Source: Octopus vulgaris (Eukaryota). From it: 64,000 nucleotides of DNA. The translations under genes and the position numbers were made by a program. Positions 26,200 to 37,722 of the stretch are shown here, piece by piece; position 1 is the stretch's first letter, and each line of letters opens with the position of its first letter. The notes beneath the pieces were generated by a model. That model searched no databases. It was not told where the DNA came from and worked only from the letters and a program-made list of their open reading frames with translations. The stretch lies in assembly GCA_951406725.2 (NCBI GenBank), contig OX597814.1:62930001-62994000 (forward strand), given 5' to 3'.

Positions 26200-27410
26200 A
26201 AATTAAGCTGGCGTGTGTGGAAGTATAGTCTTATGGCACGGACATAAGATTTGACAGGCACAGGGAGGCATATAGATGTTGCCCGGATGGTAGTCGAACC
26301 AAGAAAGAAAGGTCGGGCTTGGCCGAACACCGGTCACGTGGGGAGAGAAGAGAGAGGGGTACAGGAAGAGGGATAGAAGAATTGAGGAGGAGCGAGAAAA
26401 AAAATGAAAGGGACAGAGTGCAGTAAAAGAGGAGGGAAGGTGAGCATTTAGAGAAGGCAAGAAAATGTGAGAGAGGGGAAACGAAAGAACGAAGAGTGGA
26501 ATGAATGAAGTAAATGTGAAGGGGCTGAATGAAAGAAGAAAAGAATGAAAGAAGAGAAAGAATAATAGACTTATATATATATACTTACACATAAGAGGCC
26601 AAAGTGTACGTACGTCGCTATATCTAAATATATATATATATATATTTTATTAACATATTATACGACTAAACGCACGCACCCTATTAAGTAAGATTGTTCT
26701 GTTTATCAAGTTCGCCTTGATATTAACTCTCACGCGACTCTGCATCTTTCTTTCTTTCTCTCCCATTCCCTTTTTCGTCTTTTTTCCCTCACTTAACTTG
26801 TCTCTTCCTCTCTCTCTCCCCCTCACTGTTCTTCATGGTCTCCTCGCACCATTCCCCTTCTTCTCTCTCTTCCTCTTGCTCCTCCTCCCCCATTCCCGTC
26901 GTCCATCTGCGACGTTACTTCCGTCTTAACTGCTATCCTGTCCTTTCTCGCCCGCCTTCTAAGGCCACTGGTCGACATCTTCCTCTCTCGTCGTCCACTA
27001 TAATCCAGCGTTTGCAATACTTTTTTCGTCTGGCGTTAACAGCCCTTCTTATCTTGTTCTCCTTGTCCTGTCTCTCACTGTTATATATTTATTTTTCCAC
27101 TGTTTATATATATATTTTTTACTGTTTATATGTTTGTACTGTCGTTACCGTCTTGCTTTTTTTACCCCTCTGCGAAAAGATCTCAGAATTTTAATTGATT
27201 TGCTTTTCGCAGGAAGGAATTTTTCATTCGAAGTATACGTCTCGCTTTTATCCTTCGAAACGTTTAGTAGATGAAACTTTAGCGACTGAAGAAGGGGATT
27301 TTTCGTTGTGCTTATTGTCCTGTATCTCTCTTTTTTTGCCTGTCTTGTTCCTTGGTTTGTGTCTATGTTTTTCGTCTCTCTATGTGTTCGACGTCTTTTT
27401 GGTGTCCTGT
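26200..27410. mobile_element. Possible decayed PLE GIY-YIG C-terminal remnants in opposite orientations
   Basis: Minus strand: GVRPSPTFLSWFDYH (GxTxxTFxxRxxH-like). Plus strand: SICD...AIL. Hammerhead fragments near 27210-27295 (TCCTTCGAAACGTT and CTGAAGA). Confidence 0.3.
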
Positions 27411-27486
27411 ACACATATATGCGTGTATATGTACATGTAGAGGTAGGTACGTACATATATGTTTATATATATGCATATATTTTATT

Positions 27487-27521
<35 letters not shown>

Positions 27522-27807
27522 CAGATGTAGTTTCTTAATGAAATTGGGTTTGTGTTCCGAGTCGAATTTCATAACATTGTGGTTTCAATGTTCGCTATCA
27601 CACACACACATACACACACACACACACACATATATACACACACACACATATACACACTCACACACATAAACACGCACATACATACACTCACATACACTCA
27701 CAAACGCATGCACACGACTCACACATACACACGCATATGCATGTACATATATATGTATATGTAACATACATGGTTATATGTTTATAATATATACATGCAT
27801 ATGTATA

Positions 27808-27853
<46 letters not shown>

Positions 27854-27873
27854 TATACGTATATATACATGTA

Positions 27874-27905
<32 letters not shown>

Positions 27906-28644
27906 CATCCATACATATATTCATACACCCTTCAGTACATATAAATACATATACCGACCCCACACACATACACCTACACAGATATAATCTGAGCTTAACC
28001 CTTACTCAACATACATGTAATCGATCCATACGAAACTTTGGAAGTGAACACTTTCAGCATTTCGTAGTCTTTAACGCTAATACTGTTTATGATTTTATAT
28101 ATTTGATATATTAATGTTTTATAAATTAAAAGTTAAGTACTTACTTAATCCTACTTCAAATTAAGTTTCCTTCACTAATAGGGCGATATTGTATGTACAT
28201 CATTTTCCCCTCTTTTCCTCTGTCTCTCTATTTCTTTGCTTGTGTGTCCCTCTATCTCTCTCTTACTATTTCCCTCTCTCTCTTCCACACATTCTCTATG
28301 TATATTGTACGCACGAAACTGGATATTAGGAAGAATTAGGGTCCTTGTGTTTGTCTTACGTGTACGCTTTGTATCCCGACTTATGTTAACAGTAAGTTTG
28401 TATATACATACATACATGCATACATACATACATACATACATACATACAATGATCCATCCATCCATACATACATCCATACATTCATACATACATACTTTCA
28501 TACATACATACATTCATACATACATACATACATACATACATAAATACATACATACATATATACTTACATACACACACATACACATACATACATAATGCAT
28601 ACATACATACATACATACATACATACATACATACATACATACAT

Positions 28645-28873
28645 ACGTAATCACGTAAATGCTAAAATTGTGTAAAGCAGGTAGTACTCGAATACCGAAG
28701 ATAGAACAATATGTTTTTTTTAAGCTCAAAAAATCTCCACAACCTGTTACTCAGAGTCTCACTTTATCGTTCGTCGGACAGTTCTGATCAAGTCTATGAT
28801 CACACTGTACGACAAGCAGTAACGTGAAACTCTGAGTAACAGTTAGTGAAGATTTTTTTCAGCTTTAATAAAA

Positions 28874-28875
<2 letters not shown>
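28645..28875. mobile_element. Asymmetric foldback element with a CCGACGA-core hammerhead-like motif
   Basis: CTGTTACTCAGAGTCTCAC and GTGAAACTCTGAGTAACAG form inverted arms; microsatellite flanks. Confidence 0.65.
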
Positions 28876-28915
<40 letters not shown>

Positions 28916-28984
28916 AATATCTATAATATAAAATAAATAAACAAATATATATATATATATGTGTGTGTGTGTATGTGTGTGAGA

Positions 28985-29017
<33 letters not shown>

Positions 29018-29019
<2 letters not shown>

Positions 29020-29350
29020 ACTTCAAGAAAGCAGAGGTTGTGAATCCAACCCACTAAGGGATAATATCTATCCAATATACTGCTGGTAGATTACCCAATT
29101 ATTAATACACAGGTGTTTTTTCTATTGTATTGCAATTATATTACCTAGTGTACTAAATGGGTGAAGGTAAAGAGATATTTTACCATTAATTTATATGGCA
29201 AATAAGAAAATGGAGGAGAACAATAGGTGGTTCATAAACTTTTAGACATAAATTAATATCAGTTTAGTAAATACATAAATAAATAAGTTAATAATTTAAT
29301 GTCTAAAAGTTGATGAACCACCTATTGTTCTCCTCCATTTTCTTATTTGC

Positions 29351-29352
<2 letters not shown>
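29018..29352 (-). mobile_element. Asymmetric foldback element in (TA)n, distinct family
   Basis: Arms at about 29197-29250 and 29298-29351 are reverse complements; ~180-nt tail on the left. Confidence 0.7.
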
Positions 29353-29416
<64 letters not shown>

Positions 29417-29587
29417 TATACGTATATATATATCGTTTGTGTATGGTAGATGAGTTCAGCAAAAGTTTAGATTTCAGATGAATATGGTACCTAAGTTGAG
29501 GCACCAGAATTTAGTACGGTATTATCCATACAATTTCAATATAAGTTGATTAAAATCAAAATAAGCAACACGGATATCGAGAGGTAA

Positions 29588-29673
29588 TGCAGTACGATCG
29601 TTTCACGCAACTCCATTTAATTGAGCAATGCAGTCATTACATCAATTTAAATGCAGAGCAATCATCAGCTGCA
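29588..29673 (-). ncRNA. Type I hammerhead with intact core and extended stem II
   Basis: TGCAG-CTGATGA-(irregular ~55-nt hairpin)-GAAACGATCGTA-CTGCA; stem III is the palindrome ACGATCGT. Confidence 0.75.
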
Positions 29674-29907
29674 CAAAGACATAGAAATTAAGTAAATTAA
29701 AACAGATGGACACGTTTGTTTAATTTTACCTAAAATCTCCAAGGGGTTAAGGAGATAGAGAAAGAGCACGCTACCTTCCCTTCAGCTTAGAAGCTACTAA
29801 GTTATCTGGAAGAAAGACTTGTTATAGATTTTTGCTTGTCATTGTTTTTTATGGGGTCAGTTTTAATTTATAGACTAGTTTTATCAAATCCTTTTATATC
29901 TAACGCC

Positions 29908-29961
<54 letters not shown>

Positions 29962-29964
<3 letters not shown>

Positions 29965-30454
29965 TAAGTAATTAAGGGTTTAGCAACGAATTGCCTCACC
30001 AACACACCGAATTTAGAAATAGCAGTCAAAGAGATATAGCTATTCCTTCTACTAAAAGGGGGATCTCAGTAAAACACAGCACTTGAAAGGCAAACACAGA
30101 CAGGTAAGAAAGAAAGAATGAAATGACGGCAATCTATCATACAATTTTAAGTTATGATGGACACATGATAGATTGTATGATAGATTGCCGTCATTTCATT
30201 CTTTCTTTCTTACCTGTCTGTGTTTGCCTTTCAAGTGCTGTGTTTTTACTGAGATCCCCCTTTTAGTAGAAGGAATAGCTATATCTCTTTGACTGCTATT
30301 TCTAAATTCGGTGTGTTGGTGAGGCAATTCGTTGCTAAACCCTTAATTACTTAGTATTACTTAAATTTTCCTCGAATGGGGCTTTTACATGCCGAAATCT
30401 ACTTGGTGTAATTGATAATTATTCCAAATTAATTAATTTCACCCTTTATTATTA

Positions 30455-30458
<4 letters not shown>
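29962..30458 (+). mobile_element. Asymmetric foldback element in (TA)n, structured-tail family copy B
   Basis: Near-perfect ~185-bp arms (29962-30145 and 30172-30357) plus a ~100-nt tail. Confidence 0.85.
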
Positions 30459-30540
<82 letters not shown>

Positions 30541-30541
<1 letters not shown>

Positions 30542-30998
30542 TTGCTTGTTTCTCTGGAGACTGTCAGAATGAGGTAGACGCCTCTGATGAGAACCCAATA
30601 AGGTTCGAAAATCGATTAAGGTTGTTCATCATTGTTTTTCAATCTGCAGAGAAATGGCAAAAAATTTGTCCTGCTTATAATTATACCATATGTTACATAT
30701 TTGTTATATCATACCTTGATACTGTGTGGACTAAGATTCCTGTTGACAGGCCGCTGGTATTTATAGAGTGATAAACACTTTCGGTATTCAAATTAGGGAC
30801 TCCTTCAAAGAGTAACTGCTGCATTTGTTGAGTAAATAAACAGTTTGCCTGCTTGTTTCCCTGGAGACTGTCAGAATGATGTAGACACCTCTGATGAGAA
30901 CCCAATAATTTTCAAATTCGATTAAGGTTGTTCATAATTTCTTTTAGTCTGCGGAGAAATGGTTAAATTTTGTCCTGTTTATAATTATATCATATGTT
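30541..30998 (+). mobile_element. Partial tandem repeat (307-nt period) with a hammerhead in each unit; retrozyme-like or tandem PLE pLTR
   Basis: CTGATGA at 30584 and 30891. The first copy is intact: CCT-CTGATGA-GAACC-CAATAA-GGTTC-GAAAATCGATTA-AGG. Confidence 0.8.
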
Positions 30999-31295
30999 AC
31001 ACACACACGTACAAACGCACACATACACATACACACACACATATATATATATACATGAGAGAGAAACAAAAACGGAAAATATTCAGATGATGAACATTCG
31101 TATATAAACATAAAGATATTTATATATTTACTGAAGAGATTCAAGAGATTTACATTGAGTACAAAAGGTACTGAAAACTAGGGGAGAGGTTATGGTATTT
31201 CAGGGCAGACAGCTGTTCCTAGGGGCTCAAAATTAAGTAAAGGTGTAATTTTGGCAGGCAGATTGTACTGAATTTCAAGATTATGCACCTAATGG

Positions 31296-31354
<59 letters not shown>

Positions 31355-31439
31355 CACCAGGTGGTGCTATTAAGTTAGACATGGTCTGGGCCAATAATGG
31401 GCGAAACCTATCAAAGTATATATATATATATATATATAA

Positions 31440-32240
31440 ACTATAGTAAATTCGGCCTCCGTCTTTAGGGCGAAGGGATTGGCAACTAACATTTCATATC
31501 ATAATGACGAGAATTTGCAGGCAGAATGGGTGGAAAAGAAATAAAGGGAGGAAATGAGCGGTTCAGTGAGGGAGGAGAATGTTGAAGCAAAGGAAGGGCA
31601 AGAAGAGATAGGAGAGGCTGAGCAGAGAGAAGGAGGGGATGAGTGACCAGGGGATTGAAAGAATTAGAAGTGGAGTGTGGAGAGATGAGTGGGAAGGGGT
31701 AGGATCAGTAGTATTGTAGAGGGTGGCGTCGTTGTTGGGCTTGACAAGAGATGTTATTAACGGGGATGGTGGAGACTATGGAACTGGAAAAGGGAAGTAG
31801 GTATGCTGAGATAAGGGATGGTTGGTGGTATTGAAGGGAATTTCGAAGAATAAAGGTGGGTCGGTGGCAGCAGAATGAAGTGACTAAAGTAGGTAGAAAG
31901 GTATGAGAGTAAACAGAGAGAGGTATATAGAAGAGGAGAAAGGGAGGGATAAGTTGGTAGCAATGACAAGGGGTAAATTGTGCTATGTGGTTCTGGTTGA
32001 TGAGGAAGTACTTGGAGGGCTTAGAAATCGGTGCTATAATGGTTGGGCTTCATTGCACGAGTATGCATTTGCTAAAGCCACCTATAATTCCACTTAAGTC
32101 TGATTTTGTGGGCAGATTACTCTAACAGTGGATTTACTGAAGTTGGGCTTATGGTCCTTCAGGTTGAAGTCTGGGAGGGGCAGGTGTATATGGTAGAGTA
32201 GAGGTTGTTGGCGTCCTTAAAAGCGTTCCCACGTGCTGTT
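31440..32240 (-). mobile_element. Decayed Penelope-like RT fragment
   Basis: Minus strand translates FNLKDHKPNFSKSTVRVICP/TKSDL, resembling the PLE RT motif LKDHKxNF...RLINPxKSxL, followed by an FQF..-like motif A remnant. Confidence 0.6.
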
Positions 32241-32589
32241 ACACACACACACACACAACACACACGCACACACACACACAATGTACTGTTCCGGGACGGT
32301 AAGATCAACAAAAAAGTATTACTTTCCTGTGAGAGATAATATTATTTGACGAACACAATACTTTTTTTGTGTGCTACTATTAGCTCTGAGGGTCAAAACT
32401 AAAGATCGCCTAAGCAACTGCTTTTATTATATTACAGATGTGACTAATTTGGAGAAACATTACGTTCATTATTCACACATCGTCAGTCACGTAATCGAAC
32501 ACTATAATTTTGGCTGAAATTGAAAGTGTGAAACTATTTTCACTTTCTAACGAAACCTCGCCATTGTAAGTTTCAATATCAGCGCGTTT

Positions 32590-32629
<40 letters not shown>

Positions 32630-32783
32630 CTAAGACATACACACACACACAGACACATTAACGCACACCTCAAGCCTATCTCTATCCCTGTGTGTGTCTG
32701 TCTGTCTTTAGGTGTGTGTGTGAGTCGTCAGAAAAATGTATGTATACTGACAGATACAAACACTGTCACACACATCTACTTGT

Positions 32784-33060
32784 GGAGGCACATGGCCTAG
32801 TAGTTAGAGTAGAGGAATCTCAGACCGGGCGATGTATGTGTTTATAAGCGAAAAACCTAAGTTCCACGCGGCTCTGGCAGAAGGTAATGGCGAACTTCTG
32901 CTGACTCTTTCGTCACAACTTTCTCTCTTTCCTCCTGCATCTTGCAGCTCACCTGAGACGGACCGGCATCCCGTCCAGGTGGGGAACCTATACGCCAAGC
33001 AAACCAGGAAAACGGCCCTTATGAGCCAGGCATGGCTCAAAAAGGAACAAACAACAAACA
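32784..33060 (+). mobile_element. tRNA-derived SINE (V-domain-like) with 16-bp TSD
   Basis: ACACACATCTACTTGT at 32768 and 33061; TGGCCTAGTAG A-box; GCATCCCGTCCAGG; (AAAC)n tail. Confidence 0.8.
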
Positions 33061-34756
33061 ACACACATCTACTTGTCAGTCATCGGTCTGACGTACGTAA
33101 CAAACGCGCGAACACATATAGAAAATGTGACGTCATCGGCGTTGTGTTGTTAGTGGTAAAATATCTCATTTACGATAGGTAACTAAAAATGATAATCTTA
33201 AATTTTGGCAATGCAAATAAGCGAATGAAAATATAGTTTAGTTGGTAGCCAAAAGCTTACTCAATCTTTTGATACCACACACACATTATTTACATACATT
33301 AACTATTAATGACGGAAGCAACATTTGTAGCTAATATTAATTTGCACATCTAACTTAATTTGAATGTGTTAAGAACGCCGTGTATTACGGTAATCCTCCA
33401 AAGAAATCATCTGGCATAGATATCAGGCGTTAGAACAGCAGGGATTATATCTATAGACCAAATGTTGTTAGCACCGGTGGCTGGTACTGTCGTATAGCGT
33501 AATTTCAGCGTAAATTGCGCATCATCAACTCTAGACAATCAAGCAGGTGGAAAACCAGTCAAACTGATATAAAGTTTAACATTAAATAGTCAGAGATGTC
33601 GCAAAGACAAATGCTTCTTTCTACTTGACATTATAAAAAACACGCTTATTACTCTCACTGCAAGAGATGTTTTCATTGTCAGATATTGAGACACGCTTTC
33701 AGAATGAGGAATTTCCTCATAGAAACCCACAAGTTGGTATCTTGTATCTTTTACTTTTTACAGTGACCGGATTGCAGCTATTTTGGGTCACTACTTTCAA
33801 AGGTTTTGTTGTAGTTGAACGAATCGATCCCAGTACATTTTTAAAGCTTGGTACTTATTCTATCGGTTCTGCTATGCGAAACCGATAAGTTATGGGCTCG
33901 TAAACAAACCAACACCAGTTGTCAAACGGAGATGAGGAACAAATACAAGCACAAAGACGTACACTCACCCACATACATAGATACACCAACATATACGATG
34001 GGCTTGTTTCAATTTTCGTCTCTTAAAGAACTCACAAAGTAGTGTTTATGGTAGAGGACACTTGCCCAAGGTGCCACGTACTAGGACTGAACCCAGAACC
34101 ATGTGGATGGGAAGCAAGTTTCATGCTACACATCCAGAAGACAGATTTTTCAGGGATATATTTTATATTTTATGAAAGTTTTTTTTTAAGCTATTATAGT
34201 TAACACTGAGTGTTCTTACTTTGACGTTCCAAACTGAACTGTATGTACGTGCCATTCGCTAAATTCTGTCTGATTCATTTCTAATATTTGTGAACTTTTG
34301 TTTGCATTACAATTTTGGTCTGTACATATTACCCCACTTTTTTGCATGACTGCATATCTGGCCCTGTCACACATATTTTAGTTTAGTATGCACTATACTT
34401 CCTTTAATTTCATAGCATTTGACCTCTAGGTACTGAAATTTTTTCTGTGACATTATCACTTAGACATATTAATCACTTGGACATATTGATTTGCAATATT
34501 TCCTATTAACTACATCTTATTCAACATCAAATTTACCATTTATCTGAAACCCTTTAAAATCAATAATAGGTTAGTACTTAGTAATAATGTTGAAATTTTA
34601 TTAGATATACAAACAAAACTATTTAATATACATCTGCTCGATAATCATATTTATTATCACCATTTTAATAAATAATTATTTGGACTATTTTATTAATAAC
34701 ATTTAAAACGCATCTCCCTTGTTTGTACAAATGCACGACGGATACTGAAATAAATA

Positions 34757-35813
34757 TGTGAGGATCAGCTGAAAAGTTCATAGGCTGACCAATGTACTCT
34801 CATGGGATATGACAAAATGAGGTTTATTTTTCACCATAGTCCCCGTTACTGTTCACGATTTCTTAAATCCGCATTGCAGTGCTTGCATCTCATTGGTGAA
34901 GAATCTTTCACCCTGTTGCCCCCCAAAATCAAATGACATCATTATCACGGCGATAAATGTTCCTAGTCAAGTATGTTTTCCATGTGAGGGAAGAGATGAT
35001 AGTCAGATGTGGCCTATCCAGTTGAATAGGGACAGTGATCAACTAGATCAAAGCCACAGTCGCGCACATCAGCCACTGAAACCAACGACCTGCGTGCTGG
35101 AGCATCGTTCGGATGAAGCAAGATCCCTCTCGTCAGTTTTCCTGGACCTTTGGTCTTGATAGACTTTCATAACTGCCTCAGCAAGTTGGCAGGGTACTCT
35201 CCATTTTGAGGTGCTTTTTGCATCTCGGAAAACTGAGGCCATCATCTTCCCTGCAGATGAAAAGTCCTTGGCGTTCTTTGGAGCAGATAAGGCGGGATAA
35301 TTTCACTTTATGGATTATCTCTTTGTCTCTGACTCGAAGTGAAGACGCGAACACTCGCACTGGGTTAGGAAACTTTCAAAGAAACCATTGTGTAGAATAT
35401 TCTCCATTCTCTCACAGGATACGCTAATGCCATTGGCTATTTGATTTATAGTCAATCGCCTGTCATCCACCACCATGTAGTGAAAACAATCAATGTTCTC
35501 CTCGATAGTGGCAGTTGCAGGACGTCCAGACCGTACCCTCCCATCTTATCCCCTACTAAATTCAGGTGCACACTTTTGCACTATTTATAAGCTGGAGTGT
35601 CTTCTCCTAATGTTGCAACCATGTCAGTATGAATGACTATGGGGGCTAAATCCTTTTCCTACAAGTAACTTGACAACACCACAATGCCATATTTTGTCCA
35701 TTTTTGAGAGACGTCGCTACTAATTATTTTTAAAGCCTTTGAACAATTGTCAGTTTACCTGGAAAGAAACGCTCCTTTATAATCAGCCTATAAACTTTTC
35801 AGCCCACCCTCGC
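34757..35813 (-). mobile_element. Decayed mariner transposon
   Basis: TIRs GCTGAAAAGTTCATAGGCTGA / TCAGCCTATAAACTTTTCAGC; SGRPATA HTH-linker remnant. Confidence 0.75.
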
Positions 35814-36489
35814 AATGTATTGTTTTAATTTGGAAAGCCTCAATTTCCATAGACCACTGTTTTATAAGAATGAAGAAAAGAAAACAATCTTGGCTCTGTA
35901 TTTTGTTAAAGGAGAGTTTGATATATTTAATTAAACGTTTTTTGAGATTATTGATGTTGTTATTAGATATTTAAAGCCAGATTAATTCTGATTAAGGTAG
36001 CCCATGATAAACCGTGATCCAGATACGAATATATAATCTCATTTTCAAACCCCGTATATCTCAGGTCACATCATCAAACGTTTCTTTCCTTAAAAGACAC
36101 TGTATTTACTGTCTTATGCTACCAGGAAATCAAAAGGCCACCCAGAGGTCATATTCTTCGCGTTGTGTATCTTGATAGTCTTCTTAATTCCCTTGCTGAA
36201 ATGATGAAAATAATGGGAAGTGTAGTGGCTATGTTTATTAGATATGTCCGCTATTTGAGACGCGTAGATGCGCACACAAACTCGCAGTTACACATATAGC
36301 GTATATATGTGTGTGTATGAGTGCATGCATATGCAAATATATGCATACATATATATTCCCATATATATATATACACACACGATATATATATATATATTTC
36401 TTTACTACCCACAAGGGGCTAAACACAGAAGGGACAAACAAGGACAGACAAACGGATTAAGTCGATTACATCGACCCCAGTGCGTCTTA

Positions 36490-37722
36490 TGGACGTTGAA
36501 TCCATCAAACGATCGATGACGCTCATGGGGACAGCAGCCCACGCTCTGTTAAAATTTGCAGTGAGATGTTCCGCATTTGTCAGTCTTGGACGGATGTCAT
36601 TTAGCATTTTTTAAATTTCGTCCCGCAGGTGCTCTATGGGGTTCAAGTCCGGGCTGAGGGCAGGACATGGCAGGATTTTATGCTATTGGAGGAAGCCTGT
36701 TGTTAACCTGGCAGTATGGACACGGGCGTTGTCGTGTTGGAACACGTGATTCCGATGACGGGAAAAGTATTGCGCAATGTGAGGCCTCAAAGATTGGTCG
36801 ATGTAGCGAGCAGCGTTTACTCCACTTCGCCGGACTTGACGGATGTTTTAGAAGACCGACAGTCCAATTTTCTGGTTGCGTGTAATCCCGCCCCATACCA
36901 TGATGTTCTGTCCACCACATGAGTCTCTCTCCATCCCACAGCCATCAGCATGACGTTCACTCCTTCTTCTCCATACCCTAGCTCCGTCATCTGCCACAGA
37001 AATGCAATATCGACTTTCGTCAGAGAAGACTACTGCCTTCTACTGCTGATATCGACAGTACTGACGTTTTTGACCCCACTTCAGACGTGCTCGTTGATGA
37101 CGATCTGTGAGGATGGGGCCCCTCGCCGGACGTCGAACTGTCTCTGTACAAATAGGTCTGTGGTGACTCCCTATGGTCTGAATAGCTGATTCTGTTGCCC
37201 TCCGGAATCGGTCCTGCAAGTGCTTTCGGCGCAGGTGGCGACCTTGATATGCCGTTGTAACCCTTGGTCGGCCACTGCGTGGATAATCATCCGTGCTGTT
37301 TGTGGCATTATATCGTTCCCTCAGCTGCTCAATTGTTCGAATACCGCAGTTCAAGCTATTAACAATGACCTTTGGACGTTGACCAGTATGGAGACGTCCG
37401 ATAGCTTGCTTCCTCTGATTTCGCATCACTGTTGGCGTGGTTGCTGCGTTCGGGGAACGAATGACAGGCTGGTAAACTTGGGTGTCTTTTGTACCCAATG
37501 AGTCAACGTTTTGACCCTGCATCATGCTTTACATAAAGATGCGTTCGCGAGTATTACTATGTTCAAGAAAAGTGAGCGAGTTCGAACCCTACATGCAATC
37601 CTTGTGTTTTCAAAAGGGAGTGGTGTCAAACTACCTAAAAATGTTATAAAATCCATATAATCTCGATATTGTGTGTGAAGAAATAATCTTTTAGAGTGCA
37701 ACGTTTCTTTTGTGGTTCAGCA
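36490..37722 (-). mobile_element. Tc1-family transposon, 3'-truncated
   Basis: PRSGRPRVTT, WGGI, FQHDNARVH and LSPDLNPIEHL motifs; 5' terminus near 37720. Confidence 0.85.

Noticed and set aside
30318-30345. HDV-like J4/2 (GCTAA), SECIS or box C/D reading of P4 in the structured-tail family
   Set aside because: There is no upstream P2/P3/L3 in the right order, the helix is too short for a SECIS, and the motif is absent from copy C.
32868-32905. HDV-like ribozyme (TCCACGCG loop, GGTAATGGCGAA) in a SINE
   Set aside because: I could not find P1, P1.1 or P2 partners; GGCGAA lies in the loop of a simple GCAGAAG/CTTCTGC hairpin.
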